Below, piece by piece: positions 1-8,601 of a DNA stretch of 34,590 nt. Source of the stretch: a virus; IMG/VR virus record IMGVR_UViG_3300029951_000077; one strand, written 5' to 3'. The notes under the pieces were generated by a model. It had not been told where the DNA came from and searched no databases. It saw nothing but the letters and a program-made list of their open reading frames with translations. Within the stretch, counting starts at the first letter, position 1, and every line of letters starts with the position of its first letter. A program made the translations under genes and the position numbers.

Positions 1-133
1 TGCGGCTACCGCGTCTGGGGGCTACGGTGCGGCTACCGCGTCTGGGCGCTACGGTGCGGCTACCGCGTCTGGGTACTCTGGTGCGGCTACCGCGTCTGGG
101 GGCTACGGTGCGGCTACCGCGTCCGGGTACTAC
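1..133 (+). repeat. 27-bp in-frame tandem repeat, continuation of the array at 34460-34590
   Basis: Units GGTGCGGCTACCGCGTCTGGG+6 variable nt start at 26, 53, 80 and 107; the first unit is truncated by the window edge. Each unit encodes GAATASG-x-x. Confidence 0.95.
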
Positions 134-292
134 GGTCGCGCCAGAGGGGCAATCGGCAACGCCCTGTTCCTCACCGAACGTGACAGCGCATGGAAGATAA
201 TCAACGTTGCCGCAGTGATCGTTGACGGCACCACGATCAAAGCGGACACCTTCTACCGCCTCGTTGCTGGTGTGGTCACGGAGGTGAAGTGA
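2..292 (+). CDS. C-terminal part of the tandem-repeat protein that starts at 34061 (partial at window edge)
   Basis: Frame 2 is open from the window start to TGA 290-292. It reads AATASGGY GAATASGRY GAATASGYS GAATASGGY GAATASGYY, then GRARGAIGNALFLTERDSAWKIINVAAVIVDGTTIKADTFYRLVAGVVTEVK. The phase matches the ORF running off the 3' end of the window. Confidence 0.85.
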   Translation, partial: AATASGGYGAATASGRYGAATASGYSGAATASGGYGAATASGYYGRARGAIGNALFLTERDSAWKIINVAAVIVDGTTIKADTFYRLVAGVVTEVK

Positions 293-726
293 TGCTTCTC
301 ACTGAACAACTTCCCCCGATCGGTTCGGAGATCATCGCCGTCCGAGGTCACACCGTCATTGTCGGGACTGTCATTGAAACGTCCCGCACTCTTGCCACTG
401 TCTCCCTGCCGTGCCTTGACGAAGACCTGTCCCTCGCGCCCACCGTGGATTTGTGGGTTCGCGATGCCTGGGACTGGCAGTCGCACTCGTCAGTGTTCGA
501 TGACGGCGACCTGTCGCGACTCCCGCCGAAACAGTTCGACTTCGCGGACCACCACTTCCGCTATCACGGGTTCTCGGCTGATCGTCCACGCCAATACGAG
601 TACATGGCTGTGTGTGCTTGCTCCAACCCGGACGGGGACGGGGTTGGTGCTGTCGAGTTTTACGACTCCACCATTTCCGGGGTTGCTGAGGCGTGGGCTG
701 AACACCTGCTCGAGGTCGCGAAATGA
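289..726 (+). CDS. hypothetical early protein
   Basis: 145-aa ORF. GTG/ATG start overlaps the upstream stop (GTGATG); its end overlaps the next start (ATGA). Confidence 0.6.
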   Translation: MMLLTEQLPPIGSEIIAVRGHTVIVGTVIETSRTLATVSLPCLDEDLSLAPTVDLWVRDAWDWQSHSSVFDDGDLSRLPPKQFDFADHHFRYHGFSADRPRQYEYMAVCACSNPDGDGVGAVEFYDSTISGVAEAWAEHLLEVAK

Positions 727-1295
727 GTTGGACATCCGCCACTGTCATCTGCGATTCCGCAGACCGCCCCGCATGGCTGAAAGCTCGAGCCCGCGGGATC
801 ACCGCCACCGATGTTGCACGCCTGATGACACCCTCAGGTCGCGCGATCGTCATCGCGGAGAAACTGTACGGCACCGCCGATTCTGACACCTCCTACATGG
901 CGCACGGCCGCGAACGCGAACCGATCATCGCTGAGGGTGTGAAAGCGAAGTTCGGGATGGAACACAACACGTTCCTTTACGCCGGCACGAACCTGCAGCA
1001 CCTTGCAACCCCGGACGGTGTGCATCTTCACCGACCGGATCTGGCAGAGATCAAAACGTCAACGAAGCCGCTGCAAACAACCCCTCGTGTGTACGTCGAC
1101 CAGATGCAGTGGCAGGCGTGGGTGCTCGGTGCGGAGCGTGTCCTTCTCGCGTGGGAGCAGCACCGCAACGGCATTCCTGTCGATCTTGAGCCGACCTACC
1201 GGTGGGTTGACCGTGACGAGAAACGCATCTCCGAACTCGTCACCGCTGCTGATGACCTTCTCCGCTACCTCGCAACTGAAAGGAGCGCGGCCTGA
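723..1295 (+). CDS. YqaJ/lambda-Exo-like PD-(D/E)XK recombination exonuclease
   Basis: RARGITATDV near the N-terminus, HGREREP, and D...EIK (PDGVHLHRPDLAEIKTS), as in YqaJ-type viral exonucleases. An annealing-protein-like gene follows. Confidence 0.8.
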   Translation: MSWTSATVICDSADRPAWLKARARGITATDVARLMTPSGRAIVIAEKLYGTADSDTSYMAHGREREPIIAEGVKAKFGMEHNTFLYAGTNLQHLATPDGVHLHRPDLAEIKTSTKPLQTTPRVYVDQMQWQAWVLGAERVLLAWEQHRNGIPVDLEPTYRWVDRDEKRISELVTAADDLLRYLATERSAA

Positions 1296-1843
1296 TGCCC
1301 GCTGACCTGTCCGAATACAAAACCGTCCCCGAACGGATCGCTGAGTTTGGTGAGAAGCATCCTGGTGGGTCTTTGCAGCAGGTTTCCCTGCAGTTCGTGA
1401 CCGTCGCCAATGTGGAGTGGATTGTTTACACCGCCGCCGCGTACAGGGCACCTGACGATCCGCGTCCCGGTCACGGGACAGCGTGGGAGCGAGTCCCCGG
1501 CCTGACGAACTTCACAAAGAACTCGGAGCTGCAGAACGCGGAAACCTCCGCATGGGGTCGCGCGATCGTCGCTGTCCTCGCCGCTGATACGAAACGTGGT
1601 GTCGCGTCTCTTGCGGAGGTGCAGAACCGTCAAGCCGAACGCGACCCGCAAGCGCTCGAAGATGCCATCCGTGAGGCCCGCAGCGCCACCACGAAAGCGC
1701 AACTGCGTCCCCTCTACAACGCTGTCGTCTCGTTGGGGGTCTCGGCTCCTATCGCGGCGGAGTTGCGGAAGTTCGCGGAAACACTCCCCGAACGCGAAGC
1801 AGTCATTGATCCTGCAGCGCCACTGCCAGGAGAGACCGTATGA
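1295..1843 (+). CDS. putative single-strand annealing protein (Rad52-superfamily, Sak3/DUF1071-like), partner of the exonuclease
   Basis: Good RBS AAAGGAG. The pattern TVPERIAEFGEKHPGG ... ELQNAETSAWGRAIVAVL recalls the conserved NAETSA.GRA motif of a phage recombinase family. It sits directly after YqaJ. The family assignment is from memory, not verified. Confidence 0.5.
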   Translation: MPADLSEYKTVPERIAEFGEKHPGGSLQQVSLQFVTVANVEWIVYTAAAYRAPDDPRPGHGTAWERVPGLTNFTKNSELQNAETSAWGRAIVAVLAADTKRGVASLAEVQNRQAERDPQALEDAIREARSATTKAQLRPLYNAVVSLGVSAPIAAELRKFAETLPEREAVIDPAAPLPGETV

Positions 1844-2181
1844 ACATCGTCACCCCCGACCAGATCGTCGCGGAACTGCGGCAGATCGCGGACATGGCTG
1901 ATAACGGTCCCGAAACAGTCCGTGACGCCGAAGTCAGATTCGACCAGGCGTTCATGGCATGGCAGAAGGAATGGGATGTCCGTTACGCCCAAGCCCAAGG
2001 CACCGTCGCGGACCGGGAGATTCAAGCCCGCGGATTCACCACGAGTGAGAAAACCCGTCTTGATATTGCGAAGGCGGCACTGAACTATGCGAAAGCGACC
2101 GTCCGCCAGTTGGAGTCGAAGCAATCCAACCTGCAAACCCAGCTCCGGGCTGTGCAGATCGCGATGGGGCAGACGCGATGA
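1840..2181 (+). CDS. hypothetical coiled-coil protein
   Basis: 113-aa ORF with ATGA overlaps at both ends. Confidence 0.6.
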   Translation: MNIVTPDQIVAELRQIADMADNGPETVRDAEVRFDQAFMAWQKEWDVRYAQAQGTVADREIQARGFTTSEKTRLDIAKAALNYAKATVRQLESKQSNLQTQLRAVQIAMGQTR

Positions 2182-2540
2182 CTCGCAACAGATCGTCCGC
2201 GAAAGCCGCCGGCACCCGCCAGGAATCCTTGGTCGCCAACTTCCTTGCCTTCCGTCTCGCTGATGACCGGATCGAGCGGCGCGCAAAAACGGGGGCGAAG
2301 GATCGCGGCGATATCGGTGGTGTCCGGTTGAACGGTCAACGTGTCGTCATTGAGGTGAAAGACACGGCCCGCGACAACCTGCCTGCATGGATTCGTGAGG
2401 CGGAGGTGGAGCGCGGAAACGATGACGCGGTGATTGGTGTCGTCGCGCATAAGAAGCGGGGCTCAGCGAACCCGGCAGACCAGTACGTCTCGATGACGTT
2501 GGAGACGTTCGCTGTGCTGCTTGAGGGTGGCATCCGATGA
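2178..2540 (+). CDS. PD-(D/E)XK Holliday-junction-resolvase-like endonuclease
   Basis: Nuclease core pattern: GAKDRGDIGGV ... VVIEVKD (D ... E-x-K). Size is about 120 aa and it lies in the recombination module. Confidence 0.6.
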   Translation: MTRNRSSAKAAGTRQESLVANFLAFRLADDRIERRAKTGAKDRGDIGGVRLNGQRVVIEVKDTARDNLPAWIREAEVERGNDDAVIGVVAHKKRGSANPADQYVSMTLETFAVLLEGGIR

Positions 2541-2800
2541 TGCGCTCAGAAAAGCTCCGAACTGTCCTGGAGGACGTTGATGATCTTGGTCTCCTTGTCC
2601 TCACCGATGGGAGATACAGCTTCCGGGTGAGGAACTCCGACATGACCAACCTCGCCTTCTACATCGTGGATGACGACGAGTACTTCTCGTGGGGCTGGGT
2701 TGAAATGCCCGGCTCGGGTGGACGTGTGGACTGCCTCGATTGGGCAACCTTCTACCGCGAGATTCGTGCTCGAGCTAGAAAGCCGAGGGCGTACAAGTGA
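2537..2800 (+). CDS. hypothetical protein
   Basis: 87-aa ORF, ATGA coupled. Confidence 0.6.
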   Translation: MMRSEKLRTVLEDVDDLGLLVLTDGRYSFRVRNSDMTNLAFYIVDDDEYFSWGWVEMPGSGGRVDCLDWATFYREIRARARKPRAYK

Positions 2801-2961
2801 CGGCCCAATCTGAGCGCCTCGAGCGAGAAGCTGCAGCGCGCGAGCGCGCGGGCCTTCCGGTGCTGCGCTGCCCGAAATGTGGCGCACCCCAGCCTCACTT
2901 CGTTCCTCCATCGATAAATGACCGTGGTTACTTCACCTGCCAGACCGAGCGGGTGTCGTGA
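2797..2961 (+). CDS. small hypothetical protein (54 aa, CPKC...C motif)
   Basis: Not in the supplied track (below 60 aa). GTG overlaps the upstream TGA (GTGA), and its stop overlaps the next start (GTGATG). It fills an otherwise non-coding 157-nt gap. Translation: VTAQSERLEREAAARERAGLPVLRCPKCGAPQPHFVPPSINDRGYFTCQTERVS. Confidence 0.35.
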   Translation: MTAQSERLEREAAARERAGLPVLRCPKCGAPQPHFVPPSINDRGYFTCQTERVS

Positions 2962-3251
2962 TGGATCAGGGCCACACGTATGGGACGGCGAACGGTCTTC
3001 GCGCGAACATCTATTGCCCTCCCGAGTTCGAGGTTCCGAACGAACTGACGCTCACGCGCGACGGAGCACATGTCGTCCTTTCGCTGCTGTCCGTCGCCTC
3101 CCTTGAGTGCCGTGACGTAATCGGCGTGAAGGGCCACTGCGGTTCTTTCGACTGCCACCGCGCTGAGCTAGGAAATTGCCAGTGCGGACGCCACGGTAAC
3201 GACCTAGACGGCAACCCGGTCCGCGTGAGTTACGCGAGAGCCAACCGATGA
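2958..3251 (+). CDS. hypothetical Cys/His-rich protein
   Basis: 97-aa ORF containing ECRDVIGVKGHCGSFDCHRAELGNCQCGRHG. Confidence 0.5.
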   Translation: MMDQGHTYGTANGLRANIYCPPEFEVPNELTLTRDGAHVVLSLLSVASLECRDVIGVKGHCGSFDCHRAELGNCQCGRHGNDLDGNPVRVSYARANR

Positions 3252-3547
3252 CGGGATCAATCATCTTCAAGTTCGCGGTCGGTCATTGGCGAACCCTGCG
3301 CGCCGAATTTGAGACCGTTCGAGAGAGCGCATACAGCGAAGCTGCGGACGCCTGCAACGGCGTCCTGCTGAACGCACGTGGCAAGCGGGCGGGCATTGAC
3401 CCTTACTCGCTATTCATCGGCAACGAGACCCGCGCTCACGCCTACGCATCGGAGGAACTCGTTGAATGGTGGGCATCGCACCCGCGTCTGACCTGGTCTG
3501 CGTTTGAGAAGCAGTCTGTCGAGCCGGACTGGGAGGAATCCGCATGA
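3248..3547 (+). CDS. hypothetical protein
   Basis: 99-aa ORF, ATGA coupled on both sides. Confidence 0.6.
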   Translation: MTGSIIFKFAVGHWRTLRAEFETVRESAYSEAADACNGVLLNARGKRAGIDPYSLFIGNETRAHAYASEELVEWWASHPRLTWSAFEKQSVEPDWEESA

Positions 3548-4020
3548 CCGCGCCGACACGGAAGCTCCGTGAGCTCGTCTACACACGCGACCACCATCGT
3601 TGCTTGGACTGCGGCTCGAGCAGTCTCACCATCCAACATCGAGAAGCCTCAGGCGCTGGCGGTCGTGGGTCGAAAGCACCCCAACTGACCGCAGCTGACC
3701 TCATCACCCTCTGTGGGCCTTGTAATGCTGCGTGTGAAGCTCACGGGCAAGAACGGGCCCTCCACATGGGCTGGAAGTTGCGCAGGAACCGCGGGCAGAT
3801 GCGAGCGTCTGAGATTCCCGTCTATGACCGCAACACACACGACTGGTTGCTGCTTACCGAGGACGGCGACACCGCCTGGATAGGTGCTTCCCTCGCCGCC
3901 GAACTGCTCGGCGTCGCAGGCAACCTGACGATGAAAGGGGTCGCGCCGTACGCTGCTCCCGTCGAACGCGAACGCGATCGCGTTCGCATTGACGAGGAAG
4001 GAACCAATCATGGCCGTTAG
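3544..4020 (+). CDS. HNH endonuclease
   Basis: RDHHRCLDCGSS ... TIQHREA ... LITLCGPCNAACE (Cys pair, His, Cys pair plus N of an HNH finger). Confidence 0.8.
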   Translation: MTAPTRKLRELVYTRDHHRCLDCGSSSLTIQHREASGAGGRGSKAPQLTAADLITLCGPCNAACEAHGQERALHMGWKLRRNRGQMRASEIPVYDRNTHDWLLLTEDGDTAWIGASLAAELLGVAGNLTMKGVAPYAAPVERERDRVRIDEEGTNHGR

Positions 4021-4552
4021 CAAGCGCACCCGATTCGAAGTTCTCAAACGCGACAACTTCACCTGCCAGTACTGCGGACTGCAAGCGCCCGACACCGAGT
4101 TGACAGTTGATCACGTCATCCCTGTATCGCTTGGTGGCCCCGACGATCCCAGCAACTTGGTGGCAGCCTGTCGCGACTGCAACGCGGGCAAGTCTTCCGC
4201 GCAGATGGGTGACTCGAAGGTGGCTGAACTTGGTTCCTTGCAGATGGCGTATCTCGCAACTGTCCGCCAGGCACTCGAAGGATTGACGGACTCCTACGAG
4301 TTGGATGTCGCCTACTACAACAGGTTCATCCAAATGTGGAATGCCCTCAAGCCCTCGTTCTGGCGCATCGAACCGCCCGTGGACGCGCTGGTGTCACTAT
4401 CCAAATGGCGTGCGATGGGCGTTCCCATGCACCTGCTCGAGCGCGCACTCGCCGTCTCATTCGCCAACCCGAGAGTCGAGCGCGTCGACAAATGGCGTTA
4501 CTTCGCCGGCACCGTTTTGAACATGGTCAAGGAGGCACTCCCCGATGGCTAA
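4010..4552 (+). CDS. HNH endonuclease with a DnaD-like C-terminal extension
   Basis: RBS GAGGAAGGA lies 8 nt before ATG 4010 (the ORF is open from TTG 3989). HNH core: RDNFTCQYCG...LTVDHVIPVSLGG...NLVAACRDCNAGK. The C-terminal ~110 aa (SKWRAMGVPMHLLERALAVSF...KWRYFAGTVLNMV) resembles DnaD/DnaB_2-type replication domains. Confidence 0.85.
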   Translation: MAVSKRTRFEVLKRDNFTCQYCGLQAPDTELTVDHVIPVSLGGPDDPSNLVAACRDCNAGKSSAQMGDSKVAELGSLQMAYLATVRQALEGLTDSYELDVAYYNRFIQMWNALKPSFWRIEPPVDALVSLSKWRAMGVPMHLLERALAVSFANPRVERVDKWRYFAGTVLNMVKEALPDG

Positions 4553-5327
4553 GGAATACGGTCAACTGCGCCACGACATGTGGTCCGACGACGACTGGCT
4601 GAACCTCACCGTCCCGGCGCAGCACCTCTACATGACACTGCTCGGCGACGGCGCACTCACCTACTGCGGGGTCACTGATTGGCGTCCTGGGAAGCTCGCA
4701 CAGCGCGCCGCGGAGAATCCGACCCACGCAACCTTGCTGGCGGCTCAGGAGCTCGCCTACGCGTTCTTCATCGTCATTGACGAAGACACGGAGGAAGTCC
4801 TTGTGCGGTCATATCTGCGGCATGATCCGATCCTCAAAAACCCGAGACTCGCGGTGACCATGTCGAAGGAGTACGGGGCGATTGGGTCGCGGAAAATTCG
4901 GGCTGCGATCGTCTGGGAACTTGCTCGGCTGCGGAAGGAAAATCCGGATTGGGCGGCGTGGGAGAAGCCGGGAGTGAAGACGATTCTGCGTCAGCAGTCG
5001 GCTAATCCGAAGGAGATGGACACGGACCTTACCCACCTGTCTGAGATGTATTTACCCACCGGTTTACCCAGCGTTATTGGTAACGGCGAGAAGCCGTTTA
5101 CCAGTGGCCTACAACAGCAACGTGCAACAGCAACATCAACCTCAACATCTACAAAAGAAGATGCGGTCCCGCGAGGACGAAGTTATGCACACCCGGTGGA
5201 AGGTGCTGAGCCTGCCGGAGTTTGCTCGGTGCATTTGTTCCAGAAGAAGGTTGGCGATTGTCCTGAGTGCGATGCCGCGGTGCTCGAGCGTGCGGACTGG
5301 CTGCGATCACAGGCGGTGGCATCGTGA
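4545..5327 (+). CDS. conserved phage early protein, possible replication initiator/organiser
   Basis: The N-terminus MAKEYGQLRHDMWSDDDWLNLTVPAQHLYMTLLGDGALTYCGVTDWRPGKLA matches a pattern I recognise from actinophage and plasmid replication-region proteins. The function is inferred only. Confidence 0.45.
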   Translation: MAKEYGQLRHDMWSDDDWLNLTVPAQHLYMTLLGDGALTYCGVTDWRPGKLAQRAAENPTHATLLAAQELAYAFFIVIDEDTEEVLVRSYLRHDPILKNPRLAVTMSKEYGAIGSRKIRAAIVWELARLRKENPDWAAWEKPGVKTILRQQSANPKEMDTDLTHLSEMYLPTGLPSVIGNGEKPFTSGLQQQRATATSTSTSTKEDAVPRGRSYAHPVEGAEPAGVCSVHLFQKKVGDCPECDAAVLERADWLRSQAVAS

Positions 5328-5671
5328 GGAAGTTCGATGCGGAGTTGTTCAAGTCCCTGCAATCGTCGGGCCTGAGTGCGTCGCAGATCGCAGCGCGGAT
5401 GGGTGTGACTGCTCGGACAGTGCAGCGGTGGCGTGGTCGTCTGGGTTTGCTGCAACGCAGCGATTCGCCGTTCGCGACACGACCGATTACCACGGACAGG
5501 CTCGAGCGTGCCTGCGCGCTGCTTGAGGATGGTGCTTCCCGGCGTGAGGTGATGCGCTCGGTGGGGGTCAGTTATGACACGTTGCGGCGGCATTTCCCGG
5601 ATTTGAAGTGGCGTCCTGGTGACGGTAATTACGGTCGCATGTTTCGCGAGTTGAACAGGCTCGGCAGTTGA
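5324..5671 (+). CDS. helix-turn-helix DNA-binding protein (two HTH-like segments)
   Basis: GTG 5324 overlaps the upstream TGA (GTGA). HTH segments: LSASQIAARMGVTARTVQRWR and ASRREVMRSVGVSYDTLRRHF. Confidence 0.7.
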   Translation: MRKFDAELFKSLQSSGLSASQIAARMGVTARTVQRWRGRLGLLQRSDSPFATRPITTDRLERACALLEDGASRREVMRSVGVSYDTLRRHFPDLKWRPGDGNYGRMFRELNRLGS

Positions 5672-5697
5672 GTACATCTACCCGAAAGGAAACACCT

Positions 5698-6075
5698 ATG
5701 AGTGAAACGTCGTTGTCTGTGGTGGAGGCGGAAACAGTCAAACGCAGAATCCCGGAGCCGGAGCGTGAAGCATGGATTGCTGCGTTCGGACTCGCCCAAC
5801 CCGAGCCTCAGATTGGTCGTGTGCAGCGAGACGGATTCGTAATCGTGACGGTCCCTGAATGTTGGGTGCTGTTCAACCCGGACGGTCGCGCTGATGGGTG
5901 GATGCGTGGCGATACGCACCTTGACGTGTTCACTCCTGACGCGGCGCACATGCTGTTCTCGAAGGGGAAGGCGTTGAGGCATGAGCGGATCACTGGTTGG
6001 ACTGTCCGGGGGATGTCGAACGATGAGGGTTTGGCGCTCACTCGGGCCGCTCAAGCTGCGTCGGTGGTGTTGTGA
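5698..6075 (+). CDS. hypothetical protein
   Basis: ATG 5698 is preceded by GAAAGGAAACACCT. The ORF is open from 5668. Confidence 0.6.
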   Translation: MSETSLSVVEAETVKRRIPEPEREAWIAAFGLAQPEPQIGRVQRDGFVIVTVPECWVLFNPDGRADGWMRGDTHLDVFTPDAAHMLFSKGKALRHERITGWTVRGMSNDEGLALTRAAQAASVVL

Positions 6076-6404
6076 TGTTGGTTCCTGGTAGAGAAACCGA
6101 AAAGACAACGCTGCCGTATTTGAAATTCGGTGGTGGTCATGGCGAGGTCACGGGTGATCGGTTGAACCTCGGCATGGGTGTGGAACGACGCAATGGCCGC
6201 AATAACTGGCTGTTCCACATCGCGCTCGGTTACGCATCCGGGTATCCGGTTTCAGCGATCTTCTACTTCTGGCTGACTCGCGACACGTTGCCGATCATGC
6301 TGCATTGGGCTTGGAAGCGAGAGCGTGCAGAGTTCGAAGCTGCGAATGGTCAGAAGTGGCCCGCGTGTTCGCCCAGTTGTCGCTTCTGCAAGGCAACGGC
6401 ATGA
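6072..6404 (+). CDS. hypothetical protein (one hydrophobic segment)
   Basis: 110-aa ORF, GTGATG overlap with the upstream stop. Hydrophobic segment: ALGYASGYPVSAIFYFWL. Confidence 0.5.
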   Translation: MMLVPGRETEKTTLPYLKFGGGHGEVTGDRLNLGMGVERRNGRNNWLFHIALGYASGYPVSAIFYFWLTRDTLPIMLHWAWKRERAEFEAANGQKWPACSPSCRFCKATA

Positions 6405-6616
6405 ACCGTCGAATCCGAGCTCGAGTTGCCGAGCGTGCCAAGGAACGACGCACAACTGAGATAGCCGAGATCCAGAACCAGGATTCAGGTTTCCAATTCG
6501 AGCATCGTGATGGATTCGCATCAGCTGAACTTTCGTGGCAACCCTCGGGCCGCGAATTTCATATCGGTTTCAGACCGGCGGGGTTGTTGGACGGAAAGGA
6601 CAAACAAACACCATGA
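6401..6616 (+). CDS. hypothetical protein
   Basis: ATG 6401 forms an ATGA overlap with the upstream stop; 71 aa (MNRRIRARVAERAKERR...). Confidence 0.5.
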   Translation: MNRRIRARVAERAKERRTTEIAEIQNQDSGFQFEHRDGFASAELSWQPSGREFHIGFRPAGLLDGKDKQTP

Positions 6617-6918
6617 ACACCCTAGATACCGACACGCTGATCGACCTGTGTCATCGCGGAGTAGTCCCGGTCTCTAACTGGCGCGATCGGGACACTCCCG
6701 GCGCGCAAAGTCAGTTAGCCGTCGCTGGTGCCTACCTTGCATCTGGGTGCGAATGGAACCTGGCTGCAAGCCCGAAGTCTGACAAGCGAACGATCTGGAT
6801 AGAAATCACGCACCCGACATTCGGAACGTTCGACTGGGGTGAAGCGAATGACGATGAACTTTTCTACATCCCAACCGAAGAGCGTTTGACCGAGGCAAAT
6901 GGAAAGGACTGGCACTGA
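6613..6918 (+). CDS. hypothetical protein
   Basis: ATG 6613 in an ATGA overlap; 101 aa (MNTLDTDTLIDLCHRG...). Confidence 0.6.
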   Translation: MNTLDTDTLIDLCHRGVVPVSNWRDRDTPGAQSQLAVAGAYLASGCEWNLAASPKSDKRTIWIEITHPTFGTFDWGEANDDELFYIPTEERLTEANGKDWH

Positions 6919-7262
6919 TGTCTGTTGATTCGATCCGCCAGCAGATAGCCGAAGCTGTCGATGAAGTTTCGATCGTTCGTGATCGCGGAGATAACCGACG
7001 CTATTCCGAACGCATCGCGGGTGCTCTGATCGCTGCTGGTTTCATCCGTGAAACCGACAACACAGGCAGCAAGTTGATCTGCGCGCCAGGACATTACGAC
7101 GGCGACGGATGCACGTTCCCAACCGAGGGCCACCTGATTTCGGTTCTCGAAAGCGAAGTGCTGGAGCACCTATCACGGTTGAGTTCATCAGCCATCAATC
7201 GGGTCATCGCGGCCGGTGAAAAGATCACCGAAGCGCGATTTGAAGATGGAGTATTCGAATGA
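6918..7262 (+). CDS. hypothetical protein
   Basis: 114-aa ORF with a TGATG overlap. Confidence 0.6.
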   Translation: MSVDSIRQQIAEAVDEVSIVRDRGDNRRYSERIAGALIAAGFIRETDNTGSKLICAPGHYDGDGCTFPTEGHLISVLESEVLEHLSRLSSSAINRVIAAGEKITEARFEDGVFE

Positions 7263-7867
7263 TTGATGACGAACCGAGCGACGACGAATTGATCGAAGTT
7301 CACGAAGAAGCGATTATCGCGGATTGGGGTTATCGCGGTGCTGGTACTAAGGCGACCCCCGAACAGGTCCTGGCGTCTGGTCTGCGCGCTGTCTTCAATG
7401 CGGGCAAGTTGGCCCGTTCTTCGGGTGCCGACAACACAGGAGACAACACCGAACCGACATTCTCGGTAAACGATGTGCGCCGAATCATTCACCGCCGAGC
7501 GATCATGCTCCGTGAGCGAGCGCAACGCTTCAAGGGCAACGAGAACGACAGCATTCGTCGTGTCACCCATAACCAGATAGCCGATCTGCTCGACCGGTAC
7601 GCGAAACGGTTCCCGCATCTGGCCGGAGATATCGCTGAGCCCGATCTCCTGGTGGCGCGTTCTTCGGGTGTAGCCGACACACCCAAAGACCTCGACCCGA
7701 CACCGTGGACTTGGGGTGACGCGGAAACGCCGGTTGGTCATGTTCGTCAGTCATGGTCAGACCACTGGCACAAGGGCTTTGCCCCGAGGCCCGAGTACGA
7801 GCAGGACCCCTCCAAGTACCCGCACATGCAGGGTGTAGCCAACACGGTGAAGGAAGAGGACAAATGA
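7259..7867 (+). CDS. hypothetical acidic protein
   Basis: 202-aa ORF, ATGA coupled at both ends. Confidence 0.65.
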   Translation: MIDDEPSDDELIEVHEEAIIADWGYRGAGTKATPEQVLASGLRAVFNAGKLARSSGADNTGDNTEPTFSVNDVRRIIHRRAIMLRERAQRFKGNENDSIRRVTHNQIADLLDRYAKRFPHLAGDIAEPDLLVARSSGVADTPKDLDPTPWTWGDAETPVGHVRQSWSDHWHKGFAPRPEYEQDPSKYPHMQGVANTVKEEDK

Positions 7868-8139
7868 GCGAACCGACTGATGAGAAGCTACGCGAACGAT
7901 ACCCAGAGGTTGATGCGTTCGCGGTGAAGATGCGCGCCGAACTGTGGGCGAATCGCGGCAAAGGCGATCAAGCCGGTTGGCGAGCGATGACAGTACGACA
8001 AGCGTGGTCTGAAATTGCGTGGCACAACGCGAAGATGGCGACCGCGATCAAGGAGCAGAACTGGGAACTCGTTCGAGAACTCGCCGCTGACGTTGCGAAT
8101 GGCGCGCTAATGCTCGATGACCTGATCGCAGGTTGCTAA
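7864..8139 (+). CDS. MazG-like nucleotide pyrophosphohydrolase (phage dNTP pyrophosphatase type)
   Basis: ATG 7864 in an ATGA overlap. The pattern AELWANRGKGD..W ... WELVRELAADVANGALMLDD matches the helical E..ADVAN..M..D signature of phage MazG-like proteins. Confidence 0.55.
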   Translation: MSEPTDEKLRERYPEVDAFAVKMRAELWANRGKGDQAGWRAMTVRQAWSEIAWHNAKMATAIKEQNWELVRELAADVANGALMLDDLIAGC

Positions 8140-8142
8140 GTC

Positions 8143-8601
8143 ATGAGCCAAGAAGAGTACCGCGTCTATGAAGAGGCGACGGGTGTCGTTTGGAACGTCA
8201 CCCCGCCAACGTTGAAAACAGCGGTTAGAGAGTGCGCACTGGCTGGCCCCGGTCACATTGCGGCGACGAGACGCGAAGGTGAAATGTTGTCGAACGCATG
8301 GGCGCATGGTCGATTTGCTGGGGCTTCAAAGGAGACGAAAATGACTGAAAACGACTGGGCGACGACCGCACATGAATGTCCGCGTTGCGGCGATGTGCAT
8401 ATACCGCCCATTACCCCTGAGCCATTAGGCGAGGTTGAACTTCTGCGCCAGCAACTTGTGATGGCGCGGGATGCGTGGTCTCGCTATGACCGTCTCGGTG
8501 GTCGAGTGCAAGACGCTCAGGAACTTGATGCTGCACTCGATTTGAAGTTCGAGCACTCGGCTGCCTCGACTTCATCCGAAAGCGGGGCCAGCGATGACTG
8601 A
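8143..8601 (+). CDS. hypothetical protein (CPRCG motif)
   Basis: 152-aa ORF. Confidence 0.6.
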   Translation: MSQEEYRVYEEATGVVWNVTPPTLKTAVRECALAGPGHIAATRREGEMLSNAWAHGRFAGASKETKMTENDWATTAHECPRCGDVHIPPITPEPLGEVELLRQQLVMARDAWSRYDRLGGRVQDAQELDAALDLKFEHSAASTSSESGASDD

